IMG/VR virus record: IMGVR_UViG_3300045988_072631
Direction: 5' to 3' (one strand)
DNA length: 64,000 bases
DNA from: a virus
The notes beneath the pieces are model-generated. The model was not told where the DNA came from, did not search any database, and was given only the letters and a program-made list of their open reading frames with translations. Below are positions 52,708-61,830 of this stretch, in pieces (positions within the stretch are counted from its first letter, which is position 1; every line of letters begins with the position of its first letter). The translations under genes were made by a program, and so were the position numbers.

Positions 52708-53838
52708 GTGGGAAAAGACTTGAAAGGAAAAGAACTTGGATCTGGAATCAGTCAGAGGAAAGATGGATACTATATTGGGCGGTATACGACAAGAGACGGG
52801 AAACGAGTTCAAAAAATTTTTAGAAAGTTGCAAGAGTGCAGGAAATGGGTTGCGGATTCTCAGTATTTAGAATCACATTCCAATATAGATTTTCCGGTAA
52901 ATATGCTTGTTTCCGAGTGGTACAAATACTGGATAGCTGTCAAAGAAAAAACAATAAGACTGAACACGTTAGACAATTACAAAGACCGATACAGAATGAA
53001 TATAGAACCTGTATTGGGACAAAAATTGTTGCGTGATGTAAGCATGATAGATTGTCAAAGAGTATTGAATAGGATGGCAGATGAAGGATATAAAAACACT
53101 TCCATTATGCAGGCGAAAGCAACTTTACATAATATGCTAGATTATGCATATCAGAATAATGTTTTGAGCAAAAATCCTTGCACAAAAGTTGTTCAATATA
53201 ATATTGGCGAAAAATCTTCAAATAGAGAGGCGCTTTCAATTGATGAGCAAAGAAAAATACTTAAAGCTATTTCTGGGAACAAGTACGAAAAACAATATCG
53301 TTTTGCATTGCAGACGGGTTTACGCGCCGGAGAACTAATTGGTCTTGAATGGAAAGATGTAGATTTTGGGAACAAAACAATTTCAGTCAAAAGGACATGC
53401 AGATACAAATACAAATTAAAGGAATGGCGAATAGGAGATCCCAAAAGCAGAAATGGAAAACGAACAATACCACTTACAGAAGAAGCATTTGAAATTTTGA
53501 AGGAGCAAAAGAAAATAGACAATGGCTTAAAAGTGTTAGAGTTCAAATGGAAAGATACAGTTTTTTTAAGACTTGATGGAAAGCCAGCCAATAACACAGA
53601 GTTGGATATTGAGTTGTATACTGTATGCAAAAAGAATGGACTTCCTAAAATATCAATGCATATTTTAAGACACACTTTTGCTACCAGATGCGCAGAAGCA
53701 GGAATGATTCCGAAAACATTGCAAATGATATTGGGTCATTCTAATATAACAACAACAATGAACATATATGTTCATGCCACGGAAGATCAGAAAAAGAAGG
53801 AAATGAATATGGTTGAGGAAGCTCTTAGAGTGGTGTAA
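52708..53838 (+). CDS. int: tyrosine integrase
   Basis: GTG after AAAGGAGAGG. GLRAGEL, HILRHTFATR, LGHSNITTTMNIYVH. Confidence 0.9.
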   Translation: MGKDLKGKELGSGISQRKDGYYIGRYTTRDGKRVQKIFRKLQECRKWVADSQYLESHSNIDFPVNMLVSEWYKYWIAVKEKTIRLNTLDNYKDRYRMNIEPVLGQKLLRDVSMIDCQRVLNRMADEGYKNTSIMQAKATLHNMLDYAYQNNVLSKNPCTKVVQYNIGEKSSNREALSIDEQRKILKAISGNKYEKQYRFALQTGLRAGELIGLEWKDVDFGNKTISVKRTCRYKYKLKEWRIGDPKSRNGKRTIPLTEEAFEILKEQKKIDNGLKVLEFKWKDTVFLRLDGKPANNTELDIELYTVCKKNGLPKISMHILRHTFATRCAEAGMIPKTLQMILGHSNITTTMNIYVHATEDQKKKEMNMVEEALRVV

Positions 53839-54084
53839 TTGGTACATAATTGGTACAAAATGAATTTTTAATTTTCAAAAAACGTTGATAAATCAACAAA
53901 AAATGAGCAAAAAAGAAAAAATTAAAATTATTGAGAAAAATATACTTAGGAAGGAGCTGATTCTCATTATAACTTGTTAAAGTCCTACGAATGCTTATAT
54001 TTAAAGGATTTTTGATAATTTCATGTTCACGTAGTTCATTATAATTATTTATATTTTTCAATAAATTGGTACATAAATGGTACA
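53839..54084 (+). promoter_or_regulatory. att-like AT-rich region with TGGTACA arm-type repeats
   Basis: TTGGTACATAATTGGTACA (53839-53857) and TTGGTACATAAATGGTACA (54066-54084). Palindrome GTTGATAAATCAAC. Confidence 0.45.
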
Positions 54085-54182
54085 TAGAAAAGCCTTATGC
54101 GAATGAGAATATTATGAGAAGAAAACGAAAATTTTCTTCTCTTTTTTTATGCCAGAATATAAACAGAAGGAGGGAGAAAAGA

Positions 54183-54326
54183 GTGTTTTCAGATGAAATT
54201 TTAGAAAAGATTTTTGCCCGGAAAGAATTGCAGAGACTTGATCTACAGACACAATCCGAAGTCATTCATGCAATCGAGGAAGTTTTAGAGGAGGTAAAGG
54301 AAGATGCCGGTTCCGTATCAGAATAA
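54183..54326 (+). CDS. small acidic protein (47 aa)
   Basis: GTG 6 nt after AAGGAGGGAG. Confidence 0.4.
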   Translation: MFSDEILEKIFARKELQRLDLQTQSEVIHAIEEVLEEVKEDAGSVSE

Positions 54327-54825
54327 TATGTATCCACAGATGCCGTATGGCCAGCAACAGTACGGTGTAAATTCATATCTTCCGTATATGCAGCCAAGAT
54401 TTCAGCAACCGGAAGTTCCAGTGCAGCAGGTTCAGCAACAGACTCAACCGGTGCAACAGATGCCAAGGGGACTTAACGGAATGGTCGTGCAGGCAATTGA
54501 AAACGTGACAGCTGATTGTGTGCCTATGGACGGATCAGCAGCTTTCTTTCCAAAACAGGACTTGTCAGAAATCTATGTTAAAAGTTGGTGCGCTGATGGA
54601 ACAATACGCACATTGACCTATAAACCGGTTCAACCAAATACACCCAAAGAAGTACAAGCTAACGAAGATAAAATGGCTTCTGGACTCGTACAGAACGTCA
54701 CAGAGGTATTTGAGAGACGCTTCAACGAGCTTTCCGAAAAGATTGACCGGTTGGAACTGTCAATAGCCAGACCAGGAACAAAAGGAAGAACTGCCACAGT
54801 GAAAAAGGATGGTGAATCTGAATGA
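54304..54825 (+). CDS. Q/P/Y-rich low-complexity protein
   Basis: ORF track. N-terminal 55 aa are Q/P/M/Y-rich; the C-terminal half looks globular. Confidence 0.5.
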   Translation: MPVPYQNNMYPQMPYGQQQYGVNSYLPYMQPRFQQPEVPVQQVQQQTQPVQQMPRGLNGMVVQAIENVTADCVPMDGSAAFFPKQDLSEIYVKSWCADGTIRTLTYKPVQPNTPKEVQANEDKMASGLVQNVTEVFERRFNELSEKIDRLELSIARPGTKGRTATVKKDGESE

Positions 54826-55052
54826 ATCCGATGAATTTAATGCAGATGTTTCAAAATCCACAGCAGTTTATGCAAAACATTATGGGAAACAACCAGATAA
54901 TGAGCAATCCAATGGTAAGAAATATAATGAATATGGCTCAAAGAGGAGATATACAAGGCATAGAGAAATTTGGAAGGAACATTGCAAAAGAAAAGGGAAT
55001 TGATTTTGATAAAGCATTTGCTGAATTTAAAACCCAATTCCCCATAAAATAG
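54822..55052 (+). CDS. M/N/Q-rich small protein
   Basis: ORF track. MNPMNLMQMFQNPQQFMQNIMGNNQIMSNPM. Confidence 0.45.
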   Translation: MNPMNLMQMFQNPQQFMQNIMGNNQIMSNPMVRNIMNMAQRGDIQGIEKFGRNIAKEKGIDFDKAFAEFKTQFPIK

Positions 55053-55868
55053 CTATTTGGACTTTGGAGCAAAAACTTTTTCTAGTGGCCATTTTTTTTG
55101 CAGGCGTTTGGATAAAGATTGATCGCTTATTCCGATTTCTGTTGCCCATTCATGAAGAGTCTTTGAAACTCCGTTATATTCAATGATTCTGTTTGTTGAC
55201 TTGTTTGTAGATTGAATTTTGGAATCAGCCCATCTGCAATTTTCTGGACAGTAATTTTTATCATTGTTTATTCGGTCTAAGGAAAAGCCATTTGGTCTTC
55301 CTCCGACAGAAATAGACCACGAAACAAAACTCCAAAAATTATGCCATTCATTGCACACTTTGATTCCTCTAGCGCCATACCGGTAAAATTTTGGGTGATT
55401 TGGATTTTCGCATCTTCCAAGCATGTTTTTCCAAAGTCCATAAAGTTCGTTGGCGCTTCTCCCGTCCAAGTAGTTTGGACTGTTTTTGAGCAAGCAACCG
55501 CAACTTTTTATAGATCCTTTTTTGAATTGATATGGTAAAACTTCTGTAGTTTTACCACAATCGCATAGACAAATTAGCTTTGTTCTTCCCTTTGGCTCTT
55601 TGTGTGTGGAAACAACAGTTAAAAGATTATTTCTTTTTCCGATGTAATCTTCCGGCTTTATTCTTGCGGGAGACTCGTTAGAAAACAAACATTTTCCGCA
55701 GGATTTCTGATGTCCTTTTATAACTAGGTCAGGAGCGAGAGAGATTTCTCTTCCGCAGTCACATAGAAACAAAAAACAATTAGGAACATTTGACTCAATA
55801 GCTTTTCCTAAAACTTTTAGGTGACCATATTTTTTGCCAATATAGTCTTCAATTTTGTATTTGAGCAT
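55053..55868 (-). CDS. HNH-type endonuclease-like protein with zinc-ribbon modules
   Basis: LDRINNDKNYCPENCRWADSKIQSTN pattern. CDCG...CGKC and CLCDCG...CGC clusters. Confidence 0.55.
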   Translation of the reverse strand: MLKYKIEDYIGKKYGHLKVLGKAIESNVPNCFLFLCDCGREISLAPDLVIKGHQKSCGKCLFSNESPARIKPEDYIGKRNNLLTVVSTHKEPKGRTKLICLCDCGKTTEVLPYQFKKGSIKSCGCLLKNSPNYLDGRSANELYGLWKNMLGRCENPNHPKFYRYGARGIKVCNEWHNFWSFVSWSISVGGRPNGFSLDRINNDKNYCPENCRWADSKIQSTNKSTNRIIEYNGVSKTLHEWATEIGISDQSLSKRLQKKWPLEKVFAPKSK

Positions 55869-55916
55869 AAAAATAACACCTGTCCTTTCAGTGTAAATGT
55901 CCTATACAAGTTTGAT

Positions 55917-55966
55917 GTACGGAAACTGTTAGGACAAACAGCTTTCGGGAGCTACCCTATCCGTAC
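55917..55966 (-). ncRNA. conserved three-way-junction RNA motif (copy Y) in the 5' UTR of the HNH gene
   Basis: Minus strand: GTACGGA-TAGGGTAGCTCCCGAAAG-CTGTT..AACAG-TT-TCCGTAC. A TATAAT lies just upstream. Confidence 0.45.
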
Positions 55967-56050
55967 ACAAATATTATACAACAAGTTTTATAAAAAAGAT
56001 ACTAATTTCTTGCAAGAATTAAGTATATATCAATTTCAGGAGGTAAAATC

Positions 56051-56818
56051 ATGTTTAATTCAAACACACCTTTTACAATGCCGGTAACTCCTGCTTATGG
56101 CAACGGAGGAGATGGCTTTGGAGATGGCAATGGATGGTGGATCATCCTGTTTGTTCTGTTTTTCGTATTCGGAGGATGGGGAAATGGAGGCTGGGGAGGA
56201 AACGGTTCCAACTCTAGCTATTATACGGATTCTGCGATCCAGCGTGGATTTGATAATCAGGCGGTTATCAGCAAACTTGACGGAATTTCTAATGGATTGT
56301 GTGATGGCTTTTACGCCGTGAATAACGGTATGCTTACCGGATTCAATGGAATCAACACAAACATCATGCAGACCGGATTCGGAATCCAGCAGGCAATCAA
56401 TGCAGATACCATTGCCAATATGCAGAACACCAATGCATTGCAGGCACAGATTGCAAATTGCTGCTGCGAAAACCGTGAAGCTATTCAGGGTGTAAACTAC
56501 AACATGGCACAGAATACCTGCGCTTTGCAGAACACAATGAACAGCAACACCAGAGACATCATCGACAGCCAGAATGCAGGAACCCGTGCAATCCTTGACT
56601 ATCTGTGTCAGGAAAAAATCTCTACTCTTCAGGCAGAGAATAATGATCTTCGTCAAGCAGCTTCTCAGGATCGCCAGAGCGCACTGCTCACCACTGCAAT
56701 GTCTGCTCAGACACAGCAGATCATTGATGCGGTACGTCCGACACCGGTTCCATCATATCCGGCATCTAACCTTTATGGTTATGCAGGTTGCGGATGCAAC
56801 GCAGGCTGCGGATGCTGA
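56051..56818 (+). CDS. Gly/Asn/Gln-rich membrane-anchored protein with a Cys-Gly C-terminus
   Basis: One TM helix (WWIILFVLFFVFGGW) flanked by GNGG tracts. N/Q-rich body. Ends GCGCNAGCGC. Confidence 0.5.
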   Translation: MFNSNTPFTMPVTPAYGNGGDGFGDGNGWWIILFVLFFVFGGWGNGGWGGNGSNSSYYTDSAIQRGFDNQAVISKLDGISNGLCDGFYAVNNGMLTGFNGINTNIMQTGFGIQQAINADTIANMQNTNALQAQIANCCCENREAIQGVNYNMAQNTCALQNTMNSNTRDIIDSQNAGTRAILDYLCQEKISTLQAENNDLRQAASQDRQSALLTTAMSAQTQQIIDAVRPTPVPSYPASNLYGYAGCGCNAGCGC

Positions 56819-56921
56819 CAACAGAATAATTGTAACTTAACCAAACAGGTTATGTCTGCATAGCAGAATTACACAGGGCAGGCTTAACGGTCTGCCCTTA
56901 TCATTTATGGAGGTAAATATT

Positions 56922-57344
56922 ATGGCTGAATTTGTAACTGTAGCTGCGCAGGAAGTAGCACAGAACGGAAATGTGGTTTTTTCAAACACAGCGGTAAAAG
57001 CAGGAAACTGCATCAAACACCGGGAAGGTTCCGGAATCATCACTTTAAGAGGACTTACTAACCAGTGTCGTGCAAGATATTTTGTGGATTTTTCCGCAAA
57101 TATCGCAGTACCAGCAGGCGGAACAGCAGGTGAAATTTCTCTGGCAATCGCAATCAGTGGAGAACCGGTTCTTTCATCTCAAATGCGTTCCACTCCGGCA
57201 GCAGTATCGCAGTATAACAACGTGTCCGCTGGAATCTATGTAGATGTCCCGGCAGGATGTTGCGTGAACATTGCGGTTGAAAATACCAGTACGCAGGCTA
57301 TTGACGTAGCAAATGCCAATATCGTTGTAACGAGGGAGGCGTAA
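56922..57344 (+). CDS. BclA-C-terminal-domain-like (TNF-like jelly-roll) protein
   Basis: ATG after GGAGG. The pattern GSGIITLRG...ARYFVDFSANIAV...ISLAIAISGEPV...IVVTR resembles exosporium BclA C-terminal domains. Confidence 0.45.
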   Translation: MAEFVTVAAQEVAQNGNVVFSNTAVKAGNCIKHREGSGIITLRGLTNQCRARYFVDFSANIAVPAGGTAGEISLAIAISGEPVLSSQMRSTPAAVSQYNNVSAGIYVDVPAGCCVNIAVENTSTQAIDVANANIVVTREA

Positions 57345-57349
57345 AAGCT

Positions 57350-57997
57350 ATGGATGTTAAGAGAATGTATTGCATGATTGAAAAGCTAGCTGAATGTGCC
57401 GAAAAACAGTTTGATGCCGGAATCGAAAACATTGATACTGCTGAGATGGGACAGGTCGTAGACATGATGAAAGATCTGGCAGAAGCTATGTACTATCGGG
57501 AGCTGACAAAAGCCATGCAGGAATTTGATACAGAAGATGTAATGGAAATGCTTGACCGTTATGGAGATGGACGGAAGTTTTACGATCATTACCGGTATGC
57601 AGATGGAAGATTTGCACCGAAAGGACGCGGAACATACCGTCGTGGCTATGAGGAGCCGCCTTACTACCACATGACACCGGAAATGTACCGGAACATGGAG
57701 CAGTACCGGGATATGGACAGAGGATCTGGCAGAATGTATTATACCGAGCCGTCTATGAGTTCTGACTCTGGCAGCCACATGGAAAGCCGGTATGATATGG
57801 CAAAGCGTAATTATACCGAGAGCAAAGAACTTCACCGTGGCAATACGGCAGAAGACAAGGAACACAAAATGAAAGAGTTGGAAAAATACATGCGTGAGAT
57901 CGGTTCTGACATTGCGGAAGTGATTTCTGATGCATCATCAGAGGAAAAAGCTCTTCTTAAGCAAAAAATGCAGGTTATCATGCAGAAAATCCAGTAA
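57350..57997 (+). CDS. Y/R/M/E-rich low-complexity protein
   Basis: ORF track. Confidence 0.5.
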   Translation: MDVKRMYCMIEKLAECAEKQFDAGIENIDTAEMGQVVDMMKDLAEAMYYRELTKAMQEFDTEDVMEMLDRYGDGRKFYDHYRYADGRFAPKGRGTYRRGYEEPPYYHMTPEMYRNMEQYRDMDRGSGRMYYTEPSMSSDSGSHMESRYDMAKRNYTESKELHRGNTAEDKEHKMKELEKYMREIGSDIAEVISDASSEEKALLKQKMQVIMQKIQ

Positions 57998-58043
57998 AAG
58001 TGCAGGGTGGTGCGGTTTTGCATCACCCTTTTGAGGTGCAATT

Positions 58044-58373
58044 ATGTTTGAAATTAATGGAATAAAATGGAATATAGAATTTGTTCCGGTTACAAGTCCA
58101 TTTCTGACGCGCTCTGACGGCTCGCAAAGCGTTGGAGTGACAGATGCCAACACTTCTACGGTTTACCTGTCAAACAGGCTTAAAGGGGCATTTCTGCGAC
58201 GTGTGACGGCACACGAACTCTGCCATTGCTTCTGCTTCTCATATGACATTCATATGCCGATAGAACAGGAAGAGTACATGGCAGACTGGATAAGTCTGTA
58301 TGGGTCAGATTTGGTATATTTGTTGGATGATATATTATCTGCAACTAATAATGAAAAGCAATGCGCTAGGTAG
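58044..58373 (+). CDS. small HExxH metallopeptidase-like protein
   Basis: TAHELCHCF. Paralog of 11264-11587. Confidence 0.55.
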   Translation: MFEINGIKWNIEFVPVTSPFLTRSDGSQSVGVTDANTSTVYLSNRLKGAFLRRVTAHELCHCFCFSYDIHMPIEQEEYMADWISLYGSDLVYLLDDILSATNNEKQCAR

Positions 58374-58388
58374 ATGCTTAATGAAGTT

Positions 58389-59045
58389 TTATATTTCTGA
58401 TTCGGATTGTTTGAGTTCTTTTAACTTTTGATTCCGTTTCTTTTCTCGTTCCCTTTTTCGCCGTAATCGTTCTTCTTCTGGCATTTTTACACGAGGAATT
58501 GCTTTCTTTGTTGGAGGAAAATCTTTCCTTGCTTTGTTCTCTTCAAAAAAGTTTAAAAGTTTCCAACCTTGATATGAAGTTGCTTTTCCTTTTTTACCGA
58601 GAAGAGCACGTTTTACATCAACTATTCCTCTTGCAAATTTTGAGGGTTCGCACGGAAGTTTGTCTGCATTTTTTCTTGCCCAATGAGACAAGTTGTTTAT
58701 TTCGTATATATTTCCTGCTGGGTCTTTTAAAATCCAGCTTTTGGCTTTGCTGTTTGTTTCAAAATCTCCACTATTCGGATTTGTCTTAAATTTTTCCCAT
58801 GCAAGTTCCAACTTCTTTTTATTAGATTCGCTTTTTCCTTCGCAAGAACGGTTGATTTTTTCGCACTCCGGACTGCAAGTTTTAACTTCTGAAGAAGGTG
58901 CCGCCCAGAATTCTTTTCCACAAATTATGCATTTTCTTTTATTTCTCACACCTATAGTTCTGCATTTTACGGAACAGTATAATTTGTTTCTTCCTTTATC
59001 CTTGCCGCAAATAATACACTTGTTAAAATCATTCATATAATCCAC
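58389..59045 (-). CDS. zinc-ribbon, Lys-rich protein (218 aa)
   Basis: Two CIICGK...C..KC modules and a basic C-terminus. Confidence 0.5.
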   Translation of the reverse strand: MDYMNDFNKCIICGKDKGRNKLYCSVKCRTIGVRNKRKCIICGKEFWAAPSSEVKTCSPECEKINRSCEGKSESNKKKLELAWEKFKTNPNSGDFETNSKAKSWILKDPAGNIYEINNLSHWARKNADKLPCEPSKFARGIVDVKRALLGKKGKATSYQGWKLLNFFEENKARKDFPPTKKAIPRVKMPEEERLRRKREREKKRNQKLKELKQSESEI

Positions 59046-59279
59046 AGCCTTTTATTATCATGATTTACTTCCCAGTTATTTTTTCTCCAAAAATTTCTAG
59101 GAGATTTTAATACCCCCCTATATCACGTTTTCTCATCCAAAAATCGGTTACAGGGTCGGTGAAAAAGTGGTGAAATTTTCCGAAAATTTTTTTGAAATTT
59201 CCTTGTTACGGAAGGTGAAATGGTCGATCTGAACAGGCCACCGGCGTTTCACTTGGTGACGTTGGTACGCCATCCAGCG

Positions 59280-59327
59280 CCGGTTGTTTCCCGGTTGTTT
59301 CCCGGTTGCTTCCCGGTTGCTTCCCGG
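59280..59327 (+). repeat. four tandem 11-bp iterons CCGGTTGYTTC
   Basis: Direct reading: 2x CCGGTTGTTTC, then 2x CCGGTTGCTTC, then CCGG. Confidence 0.9.
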
Positions 59328-59532
59328 AATCCTGCTTTGTGGGCAGAGAATCCAGAAACCGGTACAGGGATAAAATAATATTATAATCGTACACCAAGAG
59401 CACCGAAAACGTCAATGGCTTTTTTTCGTCCTGGTATAGTATCCCCGTTGATCTGCTGCGATCTGGGCAGACTTCGCCAACTGTATTAAGTTGTCAATGT
59501 ACAATTCTGATACTGTATTGAATCCGGGTAGC

Positions 59533-59558
59533 AGAAAAAGGGCGGACAGAATCCACCC
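59533..59558 (-). terminator. intrinsic terminator of the minus-strand block
   Basis: Minus strand: GGGTGG-ATTCTGT-CCGCCC followed by T5. Confidence 0.55.
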
Positions 59559-59824
59559 TATACCATGCAAAAATCACCGGGAAAGCCGGTTGTAACTATC
59601 ATTTTACCATCTGGACGACGGTACACGACCCCGCATCCGTCCGCAAAGGTTGACCATACAAGCCAGCCTGGCGGCGTGAGGTTTTTGCCGGTCTTATAAT
59701 CCCGGAACGCATAACGCGGAGAAATTCCGCTTTTTTCCTGCTCCAGTGCGTTGTTGATTGCCTGCGATTCTGTCACAAGCTGCACACCGTTGTGAGTGTG
59801 CAAAACATAGTTATTTTCTTTCAT
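59558..59824 (-). CDS. hypothetical protein (88 aa)
   Basis: ORF track. Confidence 0.5.
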   Translation of the reverse strand: MKENNYVLHTHNGVQLVTESQAINNALEQEKSGISPRYAFRDYKTGKNLTPPGWLVWSTFADGCGVVYRRPDGKMIVTTGFPGDFCMV

Positions 59825-59894
59825 GGTTTCTTTCTCCTTTTCAATTTCATAAAACCGCCGCCGGTAGTGATCCGGCGGGCATCCTCTGCGGCGG

Positions 59895-60104
59895 CTAGTT
59901 CAAACAGTTCTCAATATCTTTCGCAAGGTGCGGAAATGCTTTTTCTATGCCTTGCACGCTGTCGGCGTAATAATCACCAACAATTTTTCCAAAAATGCGA
60001 AGATTGCCGGCATAAAATCCGCCTAACTCATTAAAATATATGTCTAATCCTGTCACCTGTTCCGGCTTGTCTCCATACCACATATCAATATTTGTTTTTC
60101 CCAT
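59895..60104 (-). CDS. hypothetical protein (69 aa)
   Basis: ATG 8 nt after GGAGG. Internal start of the track ORF. Confidence 0.5.
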   Translation of the reverse strand: MGKTNIDMWYGDKPEQVTGLDIYFNELGGFYAGNLRIFGKIVGDYYADSVQGIEKAFPHLAKDIENCLN

Positions 60105-60188
60105 TTTCATTTCCTCCATATTTTCAAATTTTCCCGGTATCCGGGGAAAAGCAAGTCCCGGAATCGAACCGGGATAAAGCCGCCCTTG

Positions 60189-60272
60189 CTAAATTTCAAT
60201 TTTTCCGGTTACTAGTTCCCAGGTGTACCGGAGACCGTATCCGATCAGAAGCCAGAAAAGAAAATCCGCCAT
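60189..60272 (-). CDS. small membrane peptide (27 aa)
   Basis: AAGGAGGATAAAAAC then ATG. MADFLFWLLIGYGLRYTWELVTGKIEI. Confidence 0.35.
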   Translation of the reverse strand: MADFLFWLLIGYGLRYTWELVTGKIEI

Positions 60273-60286
60273 GTTTTTATCCTCCT

Positions 60287-60535
60287 TTATTCCGTGAATT
60301 TTTCCGGCAGTTCGTACCGGATAACGACAACCTCTTCACCGGTACTTTTCAGGGTTCTTGTGCCGTTGTACATGGGGCCGTTGAGTCCGAGCAGTTTTGG
60401 CTGTCCCTGCAACTCGTCGCGCTGACTCTCGTTATAATTGTAATCGTAGATAAGGCTGTTCATCTGCTCCACGTTTTTAATATTTTCCGGCAAATCATAA
60501 ACAAATTTAAAGCCGTTTCCTGATCCCATAATCAT
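60287..60535 (-). CDS. hypothetical protein (82 aa)
   Basis: ORF track. Confidence 0.5.
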   Translation of the reverse strand: MIMGSGNGFKFVYDLPENIKNVEQMNSLIYDYNYNESQRDELQGQPKLLGLNGPMYNGTRTLKSTGEEVVVIRYELPEKFTE

Positions 60536-60614
60536 ACTTTTCCCTTTCTAGCCTGCCATCATCAGAGCCGGGAGGCTGTCCCGCGGCTGACGCTCCGATC
60601 TGGAGCGTTTCGGC

Positions 60615-60941
60615 TTAAAAATAAATATAAAAGCTGTTTCCGGTGCTGTTCCATTCTCTATCCAATATGGTGACTTTTGAAAGTCTGCCGATACATCCAT
60701 AAATTCCTGTAGCGTAGTATTCAGAATCAACCCGGCACCCTTTAGCGTTAGGAAATGATTTTTTAATTTCCTCTATAATTTCATTGACTTTATGGCAGCA
60801 GACCCCGCTTTCCTCGTTGAACGGCTCCAGCCGTGAAATATAGTGTTCTGCATTTTCAAACGTGTAGATATTGCACTGTAACTTGATACCGTCCATCATT
60901 TCGCCCATTCTGCAAAGTTCCTTGTGTGATAATTTTTTCAT
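60615..60941 (-). CDS. hypothetical protein (108 aa)
   Basis: ORF track; first gene of the minus-strand block. Confidence 0.5.
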   Translation of the reverse strand: MKKLSHKELCRMGEMMDGIKLQCNIYTFENAEHYISRLEPFNEESGVCCHKVNEIIEEIKKSFPNAKGCRVDSEYYATGIYGCIGRLSKVTILDREWNSTGNSFYIYF

Positions 60942-61051
60942 TTTCTTTTTCCTTTTGACTGTGATATAATACAGTCACCTTTCTTTTATTTGATTGGTGC
61001 CGGTGGTCGCTTGGTAGGTGTCACCGGCTTTCTTTATTTGATGGTTTTATT

Positions 61052-61181
61052 ATAACGCACATATACAGCAAAAACAATATGGAATAATTCACAAAATAAC
61101 GCACATATAGCAATAAAATATGTGCAATATATATAACGCACATATAACCATTGACAATATAACGCACTTATGATATTATAA
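61052..61181 (+). promoter_or_regulatory. iteron-rich promoter region (ATAACGCACWTAT x4, TTGACA-17-TATTAT)
   Basis: Copies at 61052, 61096, 61133 and 61159, plus an inverted partial copy at about 61118. Segment 61133-61181 is repeated exactly at 61407-61455. Confidence 0.65.
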
Positions 61182-61212
61182 GGCTTATAATATAAGGAAA
61201 GGCGGTCAGAAA

Positions 61213-61410
61213 ATGAGCGAACCGAAAACATCAGCGGCACAAAGAAAAGCCGTTAGAGAGTACGAAAAAAACAACTATAGATTGAACATAGTATTCCCGA
61301 AGGGCACAAAAGAGCGGATTGAAGCACTAAACCTTGAAAAAACAAATTCCGCATTTATTCGAGATACTGTAATATCAAAACTTGATGAACTCGAAAAAAT
61401 TCTAAAATAA
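61213..61410 (+). CDS. RHH/Arc-like small DNA-binding protein
   Basis: RKAVREYEKNNYRLNIVFPKGTKERIEAL. N-terminus paralogous to 61954-62475. Confidence 0.55.
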   Translation: MSEPKTSAAQRKAVREYEKNNYRLNIVFPKGTKERIEALNLEKTNSAFIRDTVISKLDELEKILK

Positions 61411-61455
61411 CGCACATATAACCATTGACAATATAACGCACTTATGATATTATAA
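61407..61455 (+). promoter_or_regulatory. second exact copy of the 49-bp promoter/operator
   Basis: ATAACGCACATATAACCATTGACAATATAACGCACTTATGATATTATAA is identical to 61133-61181. Confidence 0.7.
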
Positions 61456-61494
61456 TATTGTCGAAAGGCAATAGAAAAAAGGAGGAACGAAAAC

Positions 61495-61746
61495 ATGACA
61501 GAAGAAACAAAGATGATTCTTGAGGAGCTTAAAAAGCTGAATGATAAAGTTACTGACATTCAGCTGACGCTGGAGAACGAGACGAACAAGAATATCAAAA
61601 TAATCGCCGAGGGTCATTTAGACTTGAGCCGCAAACTTGATGAAGCGTTAAAGGTTGACAGCGAGAAAGAAATGCTCATGATCCGGGTTAATCGTTTAGA
61701 AAATGAGCTGAGACGATTAAAAGCAAGAGTTGAAGAAATCGCATAG
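61495..61746 (+). CDS. coiled-coil protein (83 aa)
   Basis: ATG after AAGGAGGAACGAAAAC. Heptad-rich. Confidence 0.5.
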   Translation: MTEETKMILEELKKLNDKVTDIQLTLENETNKNIKIIAEGHLDLSRKLDEALKVDSEKEMLMIRVNRLENELRRLKARVEEIA

Positions 61747-61762
61747 TAGTTAAGAAAGAAAG

Positions 61763-61785
61763 CCGCCCAGAAATGGGCGGTTTTT
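61763..61785 (+). terminator. intrinsic terminator
   Basis: CCGCCCA-GAAA-TGGGCGG followed by T5. Confidence 0.7.
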
Positions 61786-61830
61786 CTATGCCCGGATGAT
61801 ATAATTCTGTATAAAAATGCTATATAGCAA

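Noticed and set aside
59206-59415. 69-aa minus-strand ORF across the 11-bp iterons
   Set aside because: Its reading frame is produced by the repeats themselves (PGSNRETTGKQP). There is no RBS. The region is better explained as a cis-acting site.
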